A DNA stretch of 64,000 nt from positions 4,736,001 to 4,800,000 of the forward strand of contig OX638351.1 of the NCBI GenBank assembly GCA_951813565.1, given 5' to 3'. Of this stretch, positions 39,178-50,309 are shown piece by piece (the first letter of the stretch is position 1; every line of letters starts with the position of its first letter). A program made the translations under genes and the position numbers. The notes below the pieces were generated by a model. That model was not told the DNA's origin and ran no database searches. It saw only the letters and a list, made by a program, of their open reading frames with translations. The DNA is from an uncultured Poribacteria bacterium (lineage in GTDB: Bacteria; Poribacteria; WGA-4E; WGA-3G).

Positions 39178-39316
39178 TAGAGCGACTGCGAAACCCGACA
39201 CGTTTACTCCATGTCGGATTTCGCATTCGCTCTACCCGACCTACACCCCACCCACAGACAAAACAGATGAAACTCAATTTCACCAAGACAAAAATTGTCC
39301 AAACTATAGTTAATAT

Positions 39317-41344
39317 ATGCAGAAACAGAAAGTTATAAGAAAAATTGGCGTTGACACGGGCGGCACTTTCACCGACATCATCATGTCTGTGGAAGATTCT
39401 ATTTGGACACATAAAGTGCTTTCCACACCACGCAATCCTGCTCACGCTGTTATAAAAGGTGTGAGTGAAATATTGAATACTCACAACATAGATTCTTATG
39501 ACAATGTAGATATTGTTCACGGTTCTACTGTTGCTACAAACGCCCTACTTGAACGTAGAGGCGCACGTATTGCCCTTGTTACCACAAAGGGTTTTGAAGA
39601 TGTTTTAGAAATCGGAAGGCAGGCGCGCCCCAATCTCTACGATATATTTGTCGAACGCCCCGCACCACTTGTGTCTGCAGAACGCCGATTCGGTGTCCGA
39701 GAACGAACATTGCATACGGGTGAAATTCAAACTGAAATTTCTTCCTCCGATCTTGAGACACTCGCAACACGTCTCGCAACGTTAAATTTAGATGCGATTG
39801 CGATATGTTTCCTTTTCTCTTATGTCAATCCGAAAAATGAACAGATTGTCGCAGATTATCTCGCAAGTCTCAATATACCGATTTCATGTTCTTACGAAAT
39901 CCTGCCCGAATACCGTGAGTATGCGCGTTTTAGTACCACTGTTGCGAATGCATATATCCGTCCCACGTTGGAAAGGCATCTATCTACGCTTACCGAATCG
40001 GAGCGTTTTCCCAAGTCCTTTCGTTTGATGCTCTCAAACGGTGGTTGTATCTCTACAAGGAATTTTAAATCTGCGGGTATCCAAACGGTGCTTTCTGGAC
40101 CCGCTGGTGGCGTTATCGGTGCGTACCACGTCGCCAAAACTGCAGGATATGAAAAGATTATCACTTTTGATATGGGTGGAACTTCTACGGATGTCAGTCT
40201 GTGTGATGACGGCATCTCTATGACAACTGAAAGCACAATCAGCGGTTTGCCGATTAAAGTGCCGTTAATTGACATCCATACTGTCGGTGCTGGCGGCGGT
40301 TCTATCGCCACTGTGGATTCGGGGGGTGCGTTACGCGTCGGTCCTGAAAGTGCAGGGGCTGACCCCGGACCGATATGTTACGGTAACAACGGAAAAGAAA
40401 TTACTGTGACTGATGCTAATCTATTTTTAGGACGTATTTCACCAACGCAGTTTTTAGGCGGACAGATGTCGCTTGCTTATGATGCTACGCAACAATATAT
40501 TGAAAAGTTTGCTGATCGTATCGGACTGTCGGCACTTGAAACTGCAGATGGTATTTTAAAGATTGCCAACGCAGCAATGGAACGTGCTATCAAAGTAATA
40601 TCTGTTGAACGCGGGTTTGATACACGTGATTTTACGCTCGTGTCATTCGGTGGGGCAGGCGGGTTGCACGCCGCATTTCTTGCTGAAAACCTCGGAATAG
40701 GTACTGTACTTATTCCACCAAACGGGGGTTTGCTCTCTGCTTACGGTATGCTATTTGCCGATGTTGTCAAGGATTACTCACAGACGGTGTTATGGAAAAC
40801 TGAAGGTAGTGGCATGGATTTACACAAACAATTAGAGAACGGTTTTGACGCGCTGCTCATCCGCGCAAAGAGCGATATGGAATCGGAAGGGTTTGATTTA
40901 TCACAACTCAATATCAAACGTTCACTGGATATGCGGTATGAGGGGCAATCTTATGAGTTGAATGTGTCTTATATAGATGTGGATACGGATTTTGTGCGTC
41001 AATTTCATGCCATGCACGAACAGCGATTTAGTTATGCACGTCCTGAGGCAACGGTTGAGGTGGTAACCCTACGCCTCTCTGCCATCGGTGAAACTGAAAA
41101 ACCAGCTCGGACTTCTGAACCGCTGACAGATGCTGACCCTTCCGATGCTCGAATATCGCAAAACAGTGTTATCTTTGATGGTGATGTTTATCCAACTGAC
41201 TTTTATCAACGGGAGTCGCTGCGTCCCGGTAATCGGATACAGGGTCCGGCAATTATAACAGAATTCAGCGCGACGACTGTTGTCCCACCCAATTTTTTTG
41301 GTGCTGTTGATGTGTATGGGAATCTGATTTTGGAGCAGAGGTAG
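39317..41344 (+). CDS. Hydantoinase A / oxoprolinase family protein
   Basis: DTGGTFTD, HGSTVATNA, SGPAGG, DMGGTSTD, SAGADPGP. Confidence 0.95.
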   Translation: MQKQKVIRKIGVDTGGTFTDIIMSVEDSIWTHKVLSTPRNPAHAVIKGVSEILNTHNIDSYDNVDIVHGSTVATNALLERRGARIALVTTKGFEDVLEIGRQARPNLYDIFVERPAPLVSAERRFGVRERTLHTGEIQTEISSSDLETLATRLATLNLDAIAICFLFSYVNPKNEQIVADYLASLNIPISCSYEILPEYREYARFSTTVANAYIRPTLERHLSTLTESERFPKSFRLMLSNGGCISTRNFKSAGIQTVLSGPAGGVIGAYHVAKTAGYEKIITFDMGGTSTDVSLCDDGISMTTESTISGLPIKVPLIDIHTVGAGGGSIATVDSGGALRVGPESAGADPGPICYGNNGKEITVTDANLFLGRISPTQFLGGQMSLAYDATQQYIEKFADRIGLSALETADGILKIANAAMERAIKVISVERGFDTRDFTLVSFGGAGGLHAAFLAENLGIGTVLIPPNGGLLSAYGMLFADVVKDYSQTVLWKTEGSGMDLHKQLENGFDALLIRAKSDMESEGFDLSQLNIKRSLDMRYEGQSYELNVSYIDVDTDFVRQFHAMHEQRFSYARPEATVEVVTLRLSAIGETEKPARTSEPLTDADPSDARISQNSVIFDGDVYPTDFYQRESLRPGNRIQGPAIITEFSATTVVPPNFFGAVDVYGNLILEQR

Positions 41345-41428
41345 TTTTGTCCAAATTGATTGACTTCTAATGTAGTATTGTGGTAAACTTCAACTTGTGA
41401 ATCACAATCCTTTTAGCGGAGTTAACCT

Positions 41429-43045
41429 ATGCCTACACTTGAATTCAACGGAAAACACCATATTTATACCTACCACCTCACTGTTCCCTACCGCCCACTT
41501 GAAAAAGACGAAAGCCGCTCCTGCAACGCGACCAGTGAAAACGATAACCTAATTATTCACGGTGACAACCTGCATGCCTTAAAAGCATTGTTGCCTCGCT
41601 ATGTGAACCGAATCAAGTGTATTTATATTGATCCACCCTACAACACGGGCAACGAAGGATGGGTTTACAACGACAACGTAAACAGTCCGTTGATGCAGGA
41701 ATGGCTAAAAGAAAATGGACCAGTTGATGAAGAAGACCTTGAGAAACATGAAAAGTGGCTCTGTATGATGTGGCCAAGGTTGCACCTGCTCAAAGAACTC
41801 CTTGCCGAAGATGGCGTAATTTTTATTTCTATTGATGATAACGAACAACACCGCTTGCGGATGTTGATGGATGATATTTTCGGAGGACAAAACTTCGTCA
41901 CAAACATAATTTGGCAGAAAAAATTTAGTCCGCAAAATGACGCAAAATATTTTTCGGATAATCACGATTTTGTGGTATGTTACGCAAAGAATAAAGAGAC
42001 ATGGAGGCCGGTTTTACTGCCGCGAACCGAAAAACATAACAAGCGATATTCTAATCCCGACAATGATCCCCGAGGACCTTGGAGTTCAAGCGGATTAGAT
42101 GTTAAAACCTATCAAGAAGAATACGACTACCCAATCACTACTCCATCAGGACGAATTGTTAATCCTCCGACAAGTAGATGTTGGAGGTGTAGTAAAGAGA
42201 AATTTGATGAACTAATTAATGACAATCGGATATGGTTTGGTGAAGAAGGCAATAATGTTCCTCGCGTAAAGCGGTTTCTATCAGAAGTTAAGCAAGGTAT
42301 CACACCTCTAACTGTATGGCTACATGAAGATGTTGGACATACTCAGAGTGCAACGCAGGGACTTAACAAGATCGGTGTTGCATTTTCAAACCCTAAACCG
42401 CATACACTGATAAAACGCATCTTACAAATCGGTACTGATCCCGATTCTATTATCCTTGACTCTTTTGCAGGCAGCGGTACTACCGCCCACGCTGTACTTG
42501 CCTTAAATAAGGAAGATGGTGGCAACCGCAAATTTATCCTCATTGAGTGTGAAGATTATGCCGACACTACCACTGCAGAACGGATTCGGCGCGTTATTAA
42601 GGGTGTTCCCGATGCAAGTGATGATGGACTGCGTGAAGGTTTAGGAGGATCTTTTACCTACTGTACCTTGGGTGAATCGCTTGAAATTGAGGCGATGCTT
42701 ACCGGAAAGAAGTTACCAACATACACAACACTTGCTACTAATCTGTTGTTTACTTCTGCAGGTATTTCTATTGAGGATAATACGTTGGATCAGAAAAATG
42801 ATGACGGACTTTTTTACAGTGATGACAAAAACGATTACTATCTGATTTACAAACAAGACTTTGATTATTTACGTAGCAACGAAGCAATCCTAAATCTGGA
42901 GCATGCCAAACGTATCCAAGATTCCAGTACCGAAAACGGCAAAAAAGCGATTGTCTACGCGGCAGGAAATTATATCGGACAGCGCGAACTTACAAAGATG
43001 GGAATTGCATTTTGCCAACTACCATATTGCATACATGAAAGATAA
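41429..43045 (+). CDS. mod: Type III R-M adenine methyltransferase
   Basis: IYIDPPYNTG before DSFAGSGTT (beta class); adjacent to a helicase-nuclease. Confidence 0.9.
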   Translation: MPTLEFNGKHHIYTYHLTVPYRPLEKDESRSCNATSENDNLIIHGDNLHALKALLPRYVNRIKCIYIDPPYNTGNEGWVYNDNVNSPLMQEWLKENGPVDEEDLEKHEKWLCMMWPRLHLLKELLAEDGVIFISIDDNEQHRLRMLMDDIFGGQNFVTNIIWQKKFSPQNDAKYFSDNHDFVVCYAKNKETWRPVLLPRTEKHNKRYSNPDNDPRGPWSSSGLDVKTYQEEYDYPITTPSGRIVNPPTSRCWRCSKEKFDELINDNRIWFGEEGNNVPRVKRFLSEVKQGITPLTVWLHEDVGHTQSATQGLNKIGVAFSNPKPHTLIKRILQIGTDPDSIILDSFAGSGTTAHAVLALNKEDGGNRKFILIECEDYADTTTAERIRRVIKGVPDASDDGLREGLGGSFTYCTLGESLEIEAMLTGKKLPTYTTLATNLLFTSAGISIEDNTLDQKNDDGLFYSDDKNDYYLIYKQDFDYLRSNEAILNLEHAKRIQDSSTENGKKAIVYAAGNYIGQRELTKMGIAFCQLPYCIHER

Positions 43046-43054
43046 GGGGGAAAG

Positions 43055-45640
43055 ATGCTGGAATTAAAAACATATCAGCGCGATACACTCGACGCATTTA
43101 GCAACTGGTTAGAGGTGCTTAATGAGGAGCGGCAAGCTTCAAAAACTACAATTGAACATTTGGAACAAGCGGGGAGTAGTATTAGTGACGATGTTCTCAA
43201 TGAAATAGGTAATTATCCCAAAACTGCGTGGCGGAAATTGAAAGAAAACGATGGCGTTGCAGCAACTGCAGGTGAATACGTTGATCGTAAGGATGGCGCA
43301 AACCGACCAATTCCGCACATCTGTTTTAAAGTGCCGACAGGTGGCGGTAAAACGTTGCTTGCTGCATCTGCATTAGAACAACTGCATCGGCAGCGAGGAC
43401 TGACATTATGGGTTGTGCCAACAAAGGCTATCTTTGATCAAACAAAAGCTGCATTGTGGAACAAAGAACACCCCTATCGTAAAGTTTTGGAACGTGCAAG
43501 TGCTGGGCGCGTCAAGATGCTGGAAAGAGAACATCCATTTAACAGAGATGACATTACTAATTACCTTTGTGTCATGCTACTCATGTTGCCAGCAGCGAAT
43601 AAATCGCCTGATAAAAAACTGAAAGACAAAGCGTACTACCGCATGTATAGAAATTCGGGGCGTTACGCGAGTTTTTTCCCTGACCATGACGACAAAGAAG
43701 GCAATGCACTTATGCGAAAGAAATACTGCGATCTTGATTATAACGCTGAAAATGACTTTCCTATGCAAAGTCTCTTTAACGTAATCAAGTTACTGCGTCC
43801 TGTAGTTGTTCTTGACGAGGCACATAAGGCTTATGGCACTAAAAATGGACAGGAATTTGCAAGTTCTATTAACCGCCTTGACCCGCAAATGGTTATTGAA
43901 CTCTCTGCTACACCGAACAGCGGCATTAGCAATTTGCTTGTTGATATTGCAGGCCCCGATCTCAAAAAAGAGGAAATGATTAAGTCGCCTGTACAAGTAT
44001 CCTCATTTTCAGGTATGACGTGGCAAAATACGTTGAGCGAGGCTTCCAAGGAACTTGAAAGGCTTGATGAGGAGGCAAGTTTGCTTGAAAGCAGTACGGA
44101 TCGATATATCCGTCCGATCGCTGTTGTGCGCGTTGAGGTAACGGGTGCGAATCTGCAAGATGGCAAGCGAATCCATGCCGAAGATGTTCGAGATTACCTT
44201 ACACAAAACTTAAATGTGCAACCAGAGGCTGTCCGCGTTAAATCTGCTTATAATGATCAACTCCGTGGGGAAAACTTACTATCCAAGGAATCACAGGTAA
44301 AATGGATAATTACAAAATCTGCTTTGATGGAAGGATGGGACTGTTCGTTTGCATATCTGTTAGTGATGTTAGACAATACACGGTCGCAAAATGCAATTAC
44401 GCAACTCATAGGAAGAGTAATGCGGCAACCACATGCGCAACTTACGGGTAGAGAATCACTTGATCAATGTTATGTTTTTTGCAATGAGACCGATGTTGAT
44501 GACGCTGTCAAGCAAGTTAAGAGAGGGTTAGAATCACAAGGACTTACTGGCATGGAAGATAAAATATTTGCTAAGGGTAATACCCAGGATCAAGCAGATT
44601 TCAAAATAGAAAAGATACGCCGTCGCGAGCAATTTCGTGGGCAAGAGATTTATTTGCCAGTGGTACGCCATAAGGACGGTGACGAATGGATTCAACTCAA
44701 TTATCAGGCACATATTTTGCCACATATAGATTGGCTTAGTATTAAACCACCCGATCTGAATGCGTCATCACCCGACGGACCAAGATTGCGAACAGCAACA
44801 GTTCCTATTGACGATGTGCCGCCTGTTTTCCATGAAGATCAAGAGCCTTATGTTGAAAAACAGGTTAGTGTTGCCGATTTTGCTCTCAGTTTGATTGACA
44901 TTGTATCAAATCCATGGCAAGCTGGTCGCATTGCAGAAGAATTGGTAGAAGGTCTAAAAAGAAGTGGAGATACTGATGAAAAAATCTACGACAGACGTTC
45001 ATATCTCATTCCTATGTTACATGAACACGTGGCAAATGAATTAGAAAATCAAGCTGAGCAAATTTTCCAAAAAAAGTTGGATACTGGCGAAATTCAATTT
45101 GACTTAGCGGTAGGTGAACCGAATTATAAACTGCGTCAAAATTACAAAATTGAGGTACACGCCAATCAGAATTTACTTACAAAATATGGTAAACCTGTTC
45201 AACTCAGTCTGTTTGAACCTATGTATGAATATCCTTCAGATAACGAATTAGAAAAGAAATTTGCACATTTTCTTGATGGTGAGAAAGCACTGCAATGGTG
45301 GCATCGGGTAATAGCACGTCAACAAGGTGAATATTACGTGCAAGGTTGGAAAGATAGACGCATTTACCCAGACTTCGTTGCGATGGCGAAGGAAGTTGAT
45401 GACATGACGCGTGTTCTGATTTTTGAGACAAAAGGAACACATTTGGAAGGTAACCGTGACACAGAGTACAAGGAAAAGGTATTGAAAGTCCTTGAAGAAG
45501 TGTTTAATAGCTCAGGTACTACAGGAATGTGTGAAAAAAGGACACATTCAGGGATCTTTCAATTAGTTTTTGATAATGATCCGCAGTTTTCAGCAATACG
45601 TGCTCGATTGAATGAAGGTGCATATTCTACGGAAAATTAG
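43055..45640 (+). CDS. res: Type III R-M restriction subunit
   Basis: VPTGGGKT, DEAH, SAT, EGWD, QLIGR..R, YPDF...ETKG. Confidence 0.9.
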   Translation: MLELKTYQRDTLDAFSNWLEVLNEERQASKTTIEHLEQAGSSISDDVLNEIGNYPKTAWRKLKENDGVAATAGEYVDRKDGANRPIPHICFKVPTGGGKTLLAASALEQLHRQRGLTLWVVPTKAIFDQTKAALWNKEHPYRKVLERASAGRVKMLEREHPFNRDDITNYLCVMLLMLPAANKSPDKKLKDKAYYRMYRNSGRYASFFPDHDDKEGNALMRKKYCDLDYNAENDFPMQSLFNVIKLLRPVVVLDEAHKAYGTKNGQEFASSINRLDPQMVIELSATPNSGISNLLVDIAGPDLKKEEMIKSPVQVSSFSGMTWQNTLSEASKELERLDEEASLLESSTDRYIRPIAVVRVEVTGANLQDGKRIHAEDVRDYLTQNLNVQPEAVRVKSAYNDQLRGENLLSKESQVKWIITKSALMEGWDCSFAYLLVMLDNTRSQNAITQLIGRVMRQPHAQLTGRESLDQCYVFCNETDVDDAVKQVKRGLESQGLTGMEDKIFAKGNTQDQADFKIEKIRRREQFRGQEIYLPVVRHKDGDEWIQLNYQAHILPHIDWLSIKPPDLNASSPDGPRLRTATVPIDDVPPVFHEDQEPYVEKQVSVADFALSLIDIVSNPWQAGRIAEELVEGLKRSGDTDEKIYDRRSYLIPMLHEHVANELENQAEQIFQKKLDTGEIQFDLAVGEPNYKLRQNYKIEVHANQNLLTKYGKPVQLSLFEPMYEYPSDNELEKKFAHFLDGEKALQWWHRVIARQQGEYYVQGWKDRRIYPDFVAMAKEVDDMTRVLIFETKGTHLEGNRDTEYKEKVLKVLEEVFNSSGTTGMCEKRTHSGIFQLVFDNDPQFSAIRARLNEGAYSTEN

Positions 45641-45818
45641 CATCGTAAGGCACGAAATCAACGAGTCGATTCACACCTACCAATATCCTCCCAAAATTGA
45701 CATTTTTTATCGGGTATGTTAGTATTCTGTTTATTAGGCGTGAAAGCTGGAGCCAATCACCTAACGACTCATAATTGAACAAAATTATCAGATTTGATAG
45801 AGAATTATATTATAAGGA

Positions 45819-46592
45819 GTGATTACGATGAAAGTATTGATATTCGTTATGTCATTTACCTTTCTCTTGGCGTGGATGACTATAGGTGTTACCGCTGAAG
45901 AAGCTGCATTAGTGGCTTACTATTCGTTTGACGGTAATTCTGATGATACTTCTGGAAATGGAAACAACGGTGTAATTAAAGGTGATTCTAAGTGGGATAA
46001 AGGTAAATTTGGAGACGCAATCCATCTGAATGTAGGGGCGCACGTTGAGATGCAGGCATCCGATACACTACATGGTGACCTCTTTAAAAGTGATCCTTTT
46101 ACAATCTCTGTCTGGATCAATCCAACCTTTGAAGGCGGTGCATGGCAACAGATTTGGCGGAGTTTACCCGGTGCTTCCGGACATAACACCTTCTTTGTCA
46201 ATAAAGATCAAGGCTTACTGTCTTGGCGAGGACAGGTCGGCGGATGGACAATCCTGTGTCAAACAGATGGAGGTGTGGTCAAAAAGAGTGAGTGGACTCA
46301 TGTGGTTGTTCAAAGCGATGGTAAGAATTTCAGAATTTATGTAAATGGTGAGATGGCTAAAGAAACGGAATTCCAAGAAACCAGAGGTGCTAATGCAATT
46401 TATCGGCTTGGTGGAGAAGGTGGTGAAGGTTATGGCGGTGCAATAGATGATGCCGCTGTCTATTCCCGTGCTTTAGACGAAGATGAGATCACCGCTTTGG
46501 GTAAAGGACTTGATGAGTTTTTACCTGTTGAACCTCAAGGCAAGCTTACTACGAAATGGGCATACATTAAACGTTCAGGGTTTTCGCGATAG
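45819..46592 (+). CDS. Secreted LamG-like domain protein with conserved C-terminal tail
   Basis: LVAYYSFDG, WTHV, G.IDD..VY.RAL; tail PVEPQGKLTTKWAYIK. Confidence 0.85.
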   Translation: MITMKVLIFVMSFTFLLAWMTIGVTAEEAALVAYYSFDGNSDDTSGNGNNGVIKGDSKWDKGKFGDAIHLNVGAHVEMQASDTLHGDLFKSDPFTISVWINPTFEGGAWQQIWRSLPGASGHNTFFVNKDQGLLSWRGQVGGWTILCQTDGGVVKKSEWTHVVVQSDGKNFRIYVNGEMAKETEFQETRGANAIYRLGGEGGEGYGGAIDDAAVYSRALDEDEITALGKGLDEFLPVEPQGKLTTKWAYIKRSGFSR

Positions 46593-46755
46593 AAACGTTT
46601 ATCCTTACGTTATAACGTATTGCGCGGTAGAAATCGATGGATGTCGTCCTTCCCTCTGTTAAAGTAAGTAAAACGCAATTAAAGTTGACAAATCATGTCT
46701 TGAATAGTATCATTTAAAGGGTATAAGTTGCGATTTACATCAGTAGAGGAATAGA

Positions 46756-47529
46756 ATGGACGACACTCCAAAAACCGTTGTCTGCAGAAATTGCAACGCA
46801 GACATCAAAATAAAAGCATTAATTGATAACCTCAAGGTTTGCCCCGCTTGCAATGTGCATTATCCGATGAGTGCTCAGGAACGGCTTGATCTGCTTGTGG
46901 ATGCCGACAGTTTTCAAGAAACCGATACGAATCTTTACTCAATTGATGCACTGGAATTTCCAGAGTATCCAGACAAACTTGAACGCGACATCGCAAAAAC
47001 AGGACTCCGCTCGGAGATGCTCTCTGGGACAGCAGAAATCGGTGGTTATCCGGTAGCAATCGCAATCGGAGATGTTGGGTTTATCGGTGGCACGTGCGGT
47101 GCTGTCATTGGTGAGAAGGTCACTCGATGTATTGAACGTGCTGGTCAAAACCAATTGCCACTCGTCATCGTATCTGTGAGCGGTGGGATGCGGATGCAGG
47201 AAGGCACTTTAGCGTTAATGCAGATGGCAAAAACCGCCGCCGCTTGCACTCAATATGCCCAAAAAGGTGGGTTCTATATATCAGTTGTCACGGATCCAAC
47301 GTTTGGTGGTGCGACAGCGAGTTATACCTCTCTTGGTGATGTAATTATTGCCGAACCCGGTGCGCGTATCGGCTTTGCTGGTCCCCTTGCTGTTGCGAGT
47401 TTACAGGAAGAACTGCCCGAAAATTTCCAGAAAGCAGAATCCTTGGTTGCGCATGGGTTCATTGACCATATTGTTCATCGTACAGGCATGCGGCAGTTAC
47501 TGACCGATCTCATCTCATTCGTCTACTAA
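46756..47529 (+). CDS. accD: Acetyl-CoA carboxylase carboxyltransferase beta subunit
   Basis: C4 zinc finger, GEK, SGG.RMQEG, PT.GG..AS, GFAGP. Confidence 0.93.
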   Translation: MDDTPKTVVCRNCNADIKIKALIDNLKVCPACNVHYPMSAQERLDLLVDADSFQETDTNLYSIDALEFPEYPDKLERDIAKTGLRSEMLSGTAEIGGYPVAIAIGDVGFIGGTCGAVIGEKVTRCIERAGQNQLPLVIVSVSGGMRMQEGTLALMQMAKTAAACTQYAQKGGFYISVVTDPTFGGATASYTSLGDVIIAEPGARIGFAGPLAVASLQEELPENFQKAESLVAHGFIDHIVHRTGMRQLLTDLISFVY

Positions 47530-47551
47530 TACACTTCGCATCTCTTACTAA

Positions 47552-47775
47552 TACCAAATTAACCGGATTTATGTTATTTTATAAGTACTTAGGTGCGCTT
47601 AGATAAAGTTTAAGAAAATGAATCGGTAATTTTGCGAGGTTAGGAAACCTCGCCAGCAGAGGTGGACACATGGCTTGTGCAGACAGGAAATTACCGAATT
47701 AAAAAATTAATCTTCATGAAAGCGCGCCTACCGAGTGAGATTAAGTTAACACCGACACAATGCAAAACAGGTATG
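47552..47775. mobile_element. Family-B-like element whose internal hairpin is split by a family-F-like MITE (47604-47716)
   Basis: aggtgcgctt|...aaattaccgaa...ttaatcttca|aagcgcgcct. Confidence 0.55.
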
Positions 47776-47960
47776 AATTGGCGAATCTCACCTTTTTCTG
47801 TCACTTTATCGGATTTTAGACGTTTTAAATAAAAGCAATCATAATGCATAGACCTTTGCAGAATAGTGAAATATGCATAACATTTTAGGTAGTGTCCGAC
47901 TGTCTACTCACTTTCACATCCAAAACGCATTTATAATATAAAGAACACTCGGAGTAGAAA

Positions 47961-50243
47961 ATGCCGAAATCATTAGTTGTTGTTGAATCACCAGCGAAAG
48001 CGAAAACTATCGAAAAAATATTGGGAAAAGACTATATCGTCGACTCGTCTGTTGGACATATCCGCGACCTGCCGAAAAACGGACTTGGGGTTGATGTTGA
48101 GAACAATTTTAAGCCGAAATATGTGTTGATTCGTGGAAAAGGTCCCGTTGTTAAAGCAATTCAAGAAAAGGCAAAAAAAGTCGATTGTATCTATCTTGCC
48201 GCAGACCCTGATAGGGAAGGTGAAGCGATCTGCTGGCATCTTGCGACCGAATTAAAGAAGACAAAGAAACCTATCTATCGCATTATTTACAACGAAGTGA
48301 CACAAACTGCGATTTTAGAAGCAATTCAAAATCCTGGCACGATTGACCAAGCACTTGTTGATGCACAACAGGCGCGGCGTGTTTTAGACAGACTGATCGG
48401 ATATAAGATTAGTCCGATTTTGTGGAGCAGTGTTAAACCCCGTCTGAGTGCAGGTAGAGTGCAATCCGTTGCTGTACGGCTTATTTGTGAACGTGAAGCA
48501 GAGATTGAGGCATTTAAACCGGAAGAGTATTGGACGCTTACTGCTACACTAACACCAACAGAAAAGGAAAATCTCTTTCTCGCCAAATTACATAAGGTTG
48601 GCACAAAAAAGGGTGAGATTAATAATTACGGATTCCGTATTGATCAAGCACGCGCAAAAGAATTAGAAGCAGACGCAAAGGAACAGACCTACGTTGTTGA
48701 GAAGGTACAAAAACGGGAACGAAAACAGAGACCTGTTCCACCATTTATCACAAGCACGTTACAACAGGAAGCATCTCGGAAACTTCGGTTTACTGCTAAA
48801 CGGACAATGATGATTGCGCAGCAGCTTTACGAGGGACTGACAATTGGAAATGAAGGGTCTGTTGGTCTCATTACCTACATGCGTACCGATTCAACCCGTG
48901 TTGCGCAGGATGCTCTTAGTGCAGTACGAAAATATATTGATACAATCTACGGTGCCGAATACCTCCCTGGCCGTGCTGTTAATTATAGAAGTAAAAGTGG
49001 GGCACAAGACGCACACGAGGCGATTCGACCAACATTGCAACTGCGCCCCCCTGAATCTTTGAAACCACATTTGAGCAATGACCAATATCGTCTTTATGAA
49101 CTGATTTGGAAGCGGTTTATCGCGAGTCAGATGAATCCCACTATCCTTGACTCTACGACAATTGACATCAAAGCAGGACGTTATCTTTTCCGTGCCACCG
49201 GTTCCGTTATTAAGTTTGATGGCTTCAGGCGTATTTATATGGAAGGTCAAGACGATGTTACTTCTGATGAAAACAGTGCAGGCGAAGAAAACATTATTTT
49301 ACCGGACGTTAAAGAAGGCGAAACGCTTGATTTACGTAAGTTAGAACCCAAACAACACTTTACACAACCACCACCCCGTTATAACGAAGCAACGCTTGTC
49401 AAGGCGTTGGAGGCGAAAGAGATTGGCAGACCGAGCACCTACGCTACAATTCTTTCTACAATCCAAGACCCAGACCGCGGGTATGTAATAAAGGAACAGC
49501 GCAGACTTCTCCCCACAGATGTAGGGAGACTCGTTAATGAACTTCTAATTCACGGATTTCCGGATATTGTTGACGTTGAATTTACGAAGGAGATGGAGCA
49601 AAAACTTGATACTATCGCCGAAGGAGAGGTAGATTGGGTTGACACTCTCGGTGAATTTTATCCATCGTTCCAAGAAGCATTGGAAGAGGCACCTGATAAG
49701 ATGTATGAGGCGCGAAAAGCGATGGAAACCGAATCGGGTGAGCAGTGCGACAAGTGCGGCGGAAATATGATTATCAAATGGGGTAGATATGGACGTTTTC
49801 TCGGATGTTCCAACTATCCTGAATGCGAAAATATCAAGGCTTTGAATGGCGATGAAACCGCCGCTGCTGAACCGGAAGAAACCGATACGCTCTGCGAAAA
49901 GTGTGGTGAACCGATGGTTATTAAACAGAGTCGTGCAGGTGCGCGTTTCTTGGCATGTAGCGGTTATCCGAAGTGTAAGAATGCAAAACCTGTCCCGATG
50001 GGGGTTGATTGTCCAGAGGCTGAGTGTGACGGTTACTTAGGTGAACGTCGTAGTAAGCGTGGAAAAGTATTTTACGGGTGTAGCAACTATCCAACATGCG
50101 GATTTGCAAGTTGGAACAAACCGATCGCTGAGTCGTGTCCAAAATGTGACGCTTCCTATATCGTAGAGAAAGTGCAAAAAACAGGTGAAACTCTGCACGC
50201 CTGCGCTGCAAAAGAGTGTGACTATACCAAAACACTTGAGTAG
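47961..50243 (+). CDS. topA: DNA topoisomerase I with C-terminal zinc ribbons
   Basis: ESPAKAK, DPDREGE, SAGRVQS, ITYMRTDS, AHEAIRP, IGRPSTY. Confidence 0.97.
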   Translation: MPKSLVVVESPAKAKTIEKILGKDYIVDSSVGHIRDLPKNGLGVDVENNFKPKYVLIRGKGPVVKAIQEKAKKVDCIYLAADPDREGEAICWHLATELKKTKKPIYRIIYNEVTQTAILEAIQNPGTIDQALVDAQQARRVLDRLIGYKISPILWSSVKPRLSAGRVQSVAVRLICEREAEIEAFKPEEYWTLTATLTPTEKENLFLAKLHKVGTKKGEINNYGFRIDQARAKELEADAKEQTYVVEKVQKRERKQRPVPPFITSTLQQEASRKLRFTAKRTMMIAQQLYEGLTIGNEGSVGLITYMRTDSTRVAQDALSAVRKYIDTIYGAEYLPGRAVNYRSKSGAQDAHEAIRPTLQLRPPESLKPHLSNDQYRLYELIWKRFIASQMNPTILDSTTIDIKAGRYLFRATGSVIKFDGFRRIYMEGQDDVTSDENSAGEENIILPDVKEGETLDLRKLEPKQHFTQPPPRYNEATLVKALEAKEIGRPSTYATILSTIQDPDRGYVIKEQRRLLPTDVGRLVNELLIHGFPDIVDVEFTKEMEQKLDTIAEGEVDWVDTLGEFYPSFQEALEEAPDKMYEARKAMETESGEQCDKCGGNMIIKWGRYGRFLGCSNYPECENIKALNGDETAAAEPEETDTLCEKCGEPMVIKQSRAGARFLACSGYPKCKNAKPVPMGVDCPEAECDGYLGERRSKRGKVFYGCSNYPTCGFASWNKPIAESCPKCDASYIVEKVQKTGETLHACAAKECDYTKTLE

Positions 50244-50309
50244 CCTAATGCGTGCTGAATACGTCTCCAAGCAATGAACGATTAGCAATTGTGTAGAATG
50301 TGAGCAATT

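Noticed and set aside
38842..39313. Short ORFs over repeats (also 7544-7799, 23961-24158, 30097-30557, 58687-58973)
   Set aside because: They translate MITE/REP sequence, with the same peptide fragments recurring at different loci
41429..43045. Phase-variable mod (phasevarion)
   Set aside because: No simple-sequence repeat tract seen in or upstream of mod
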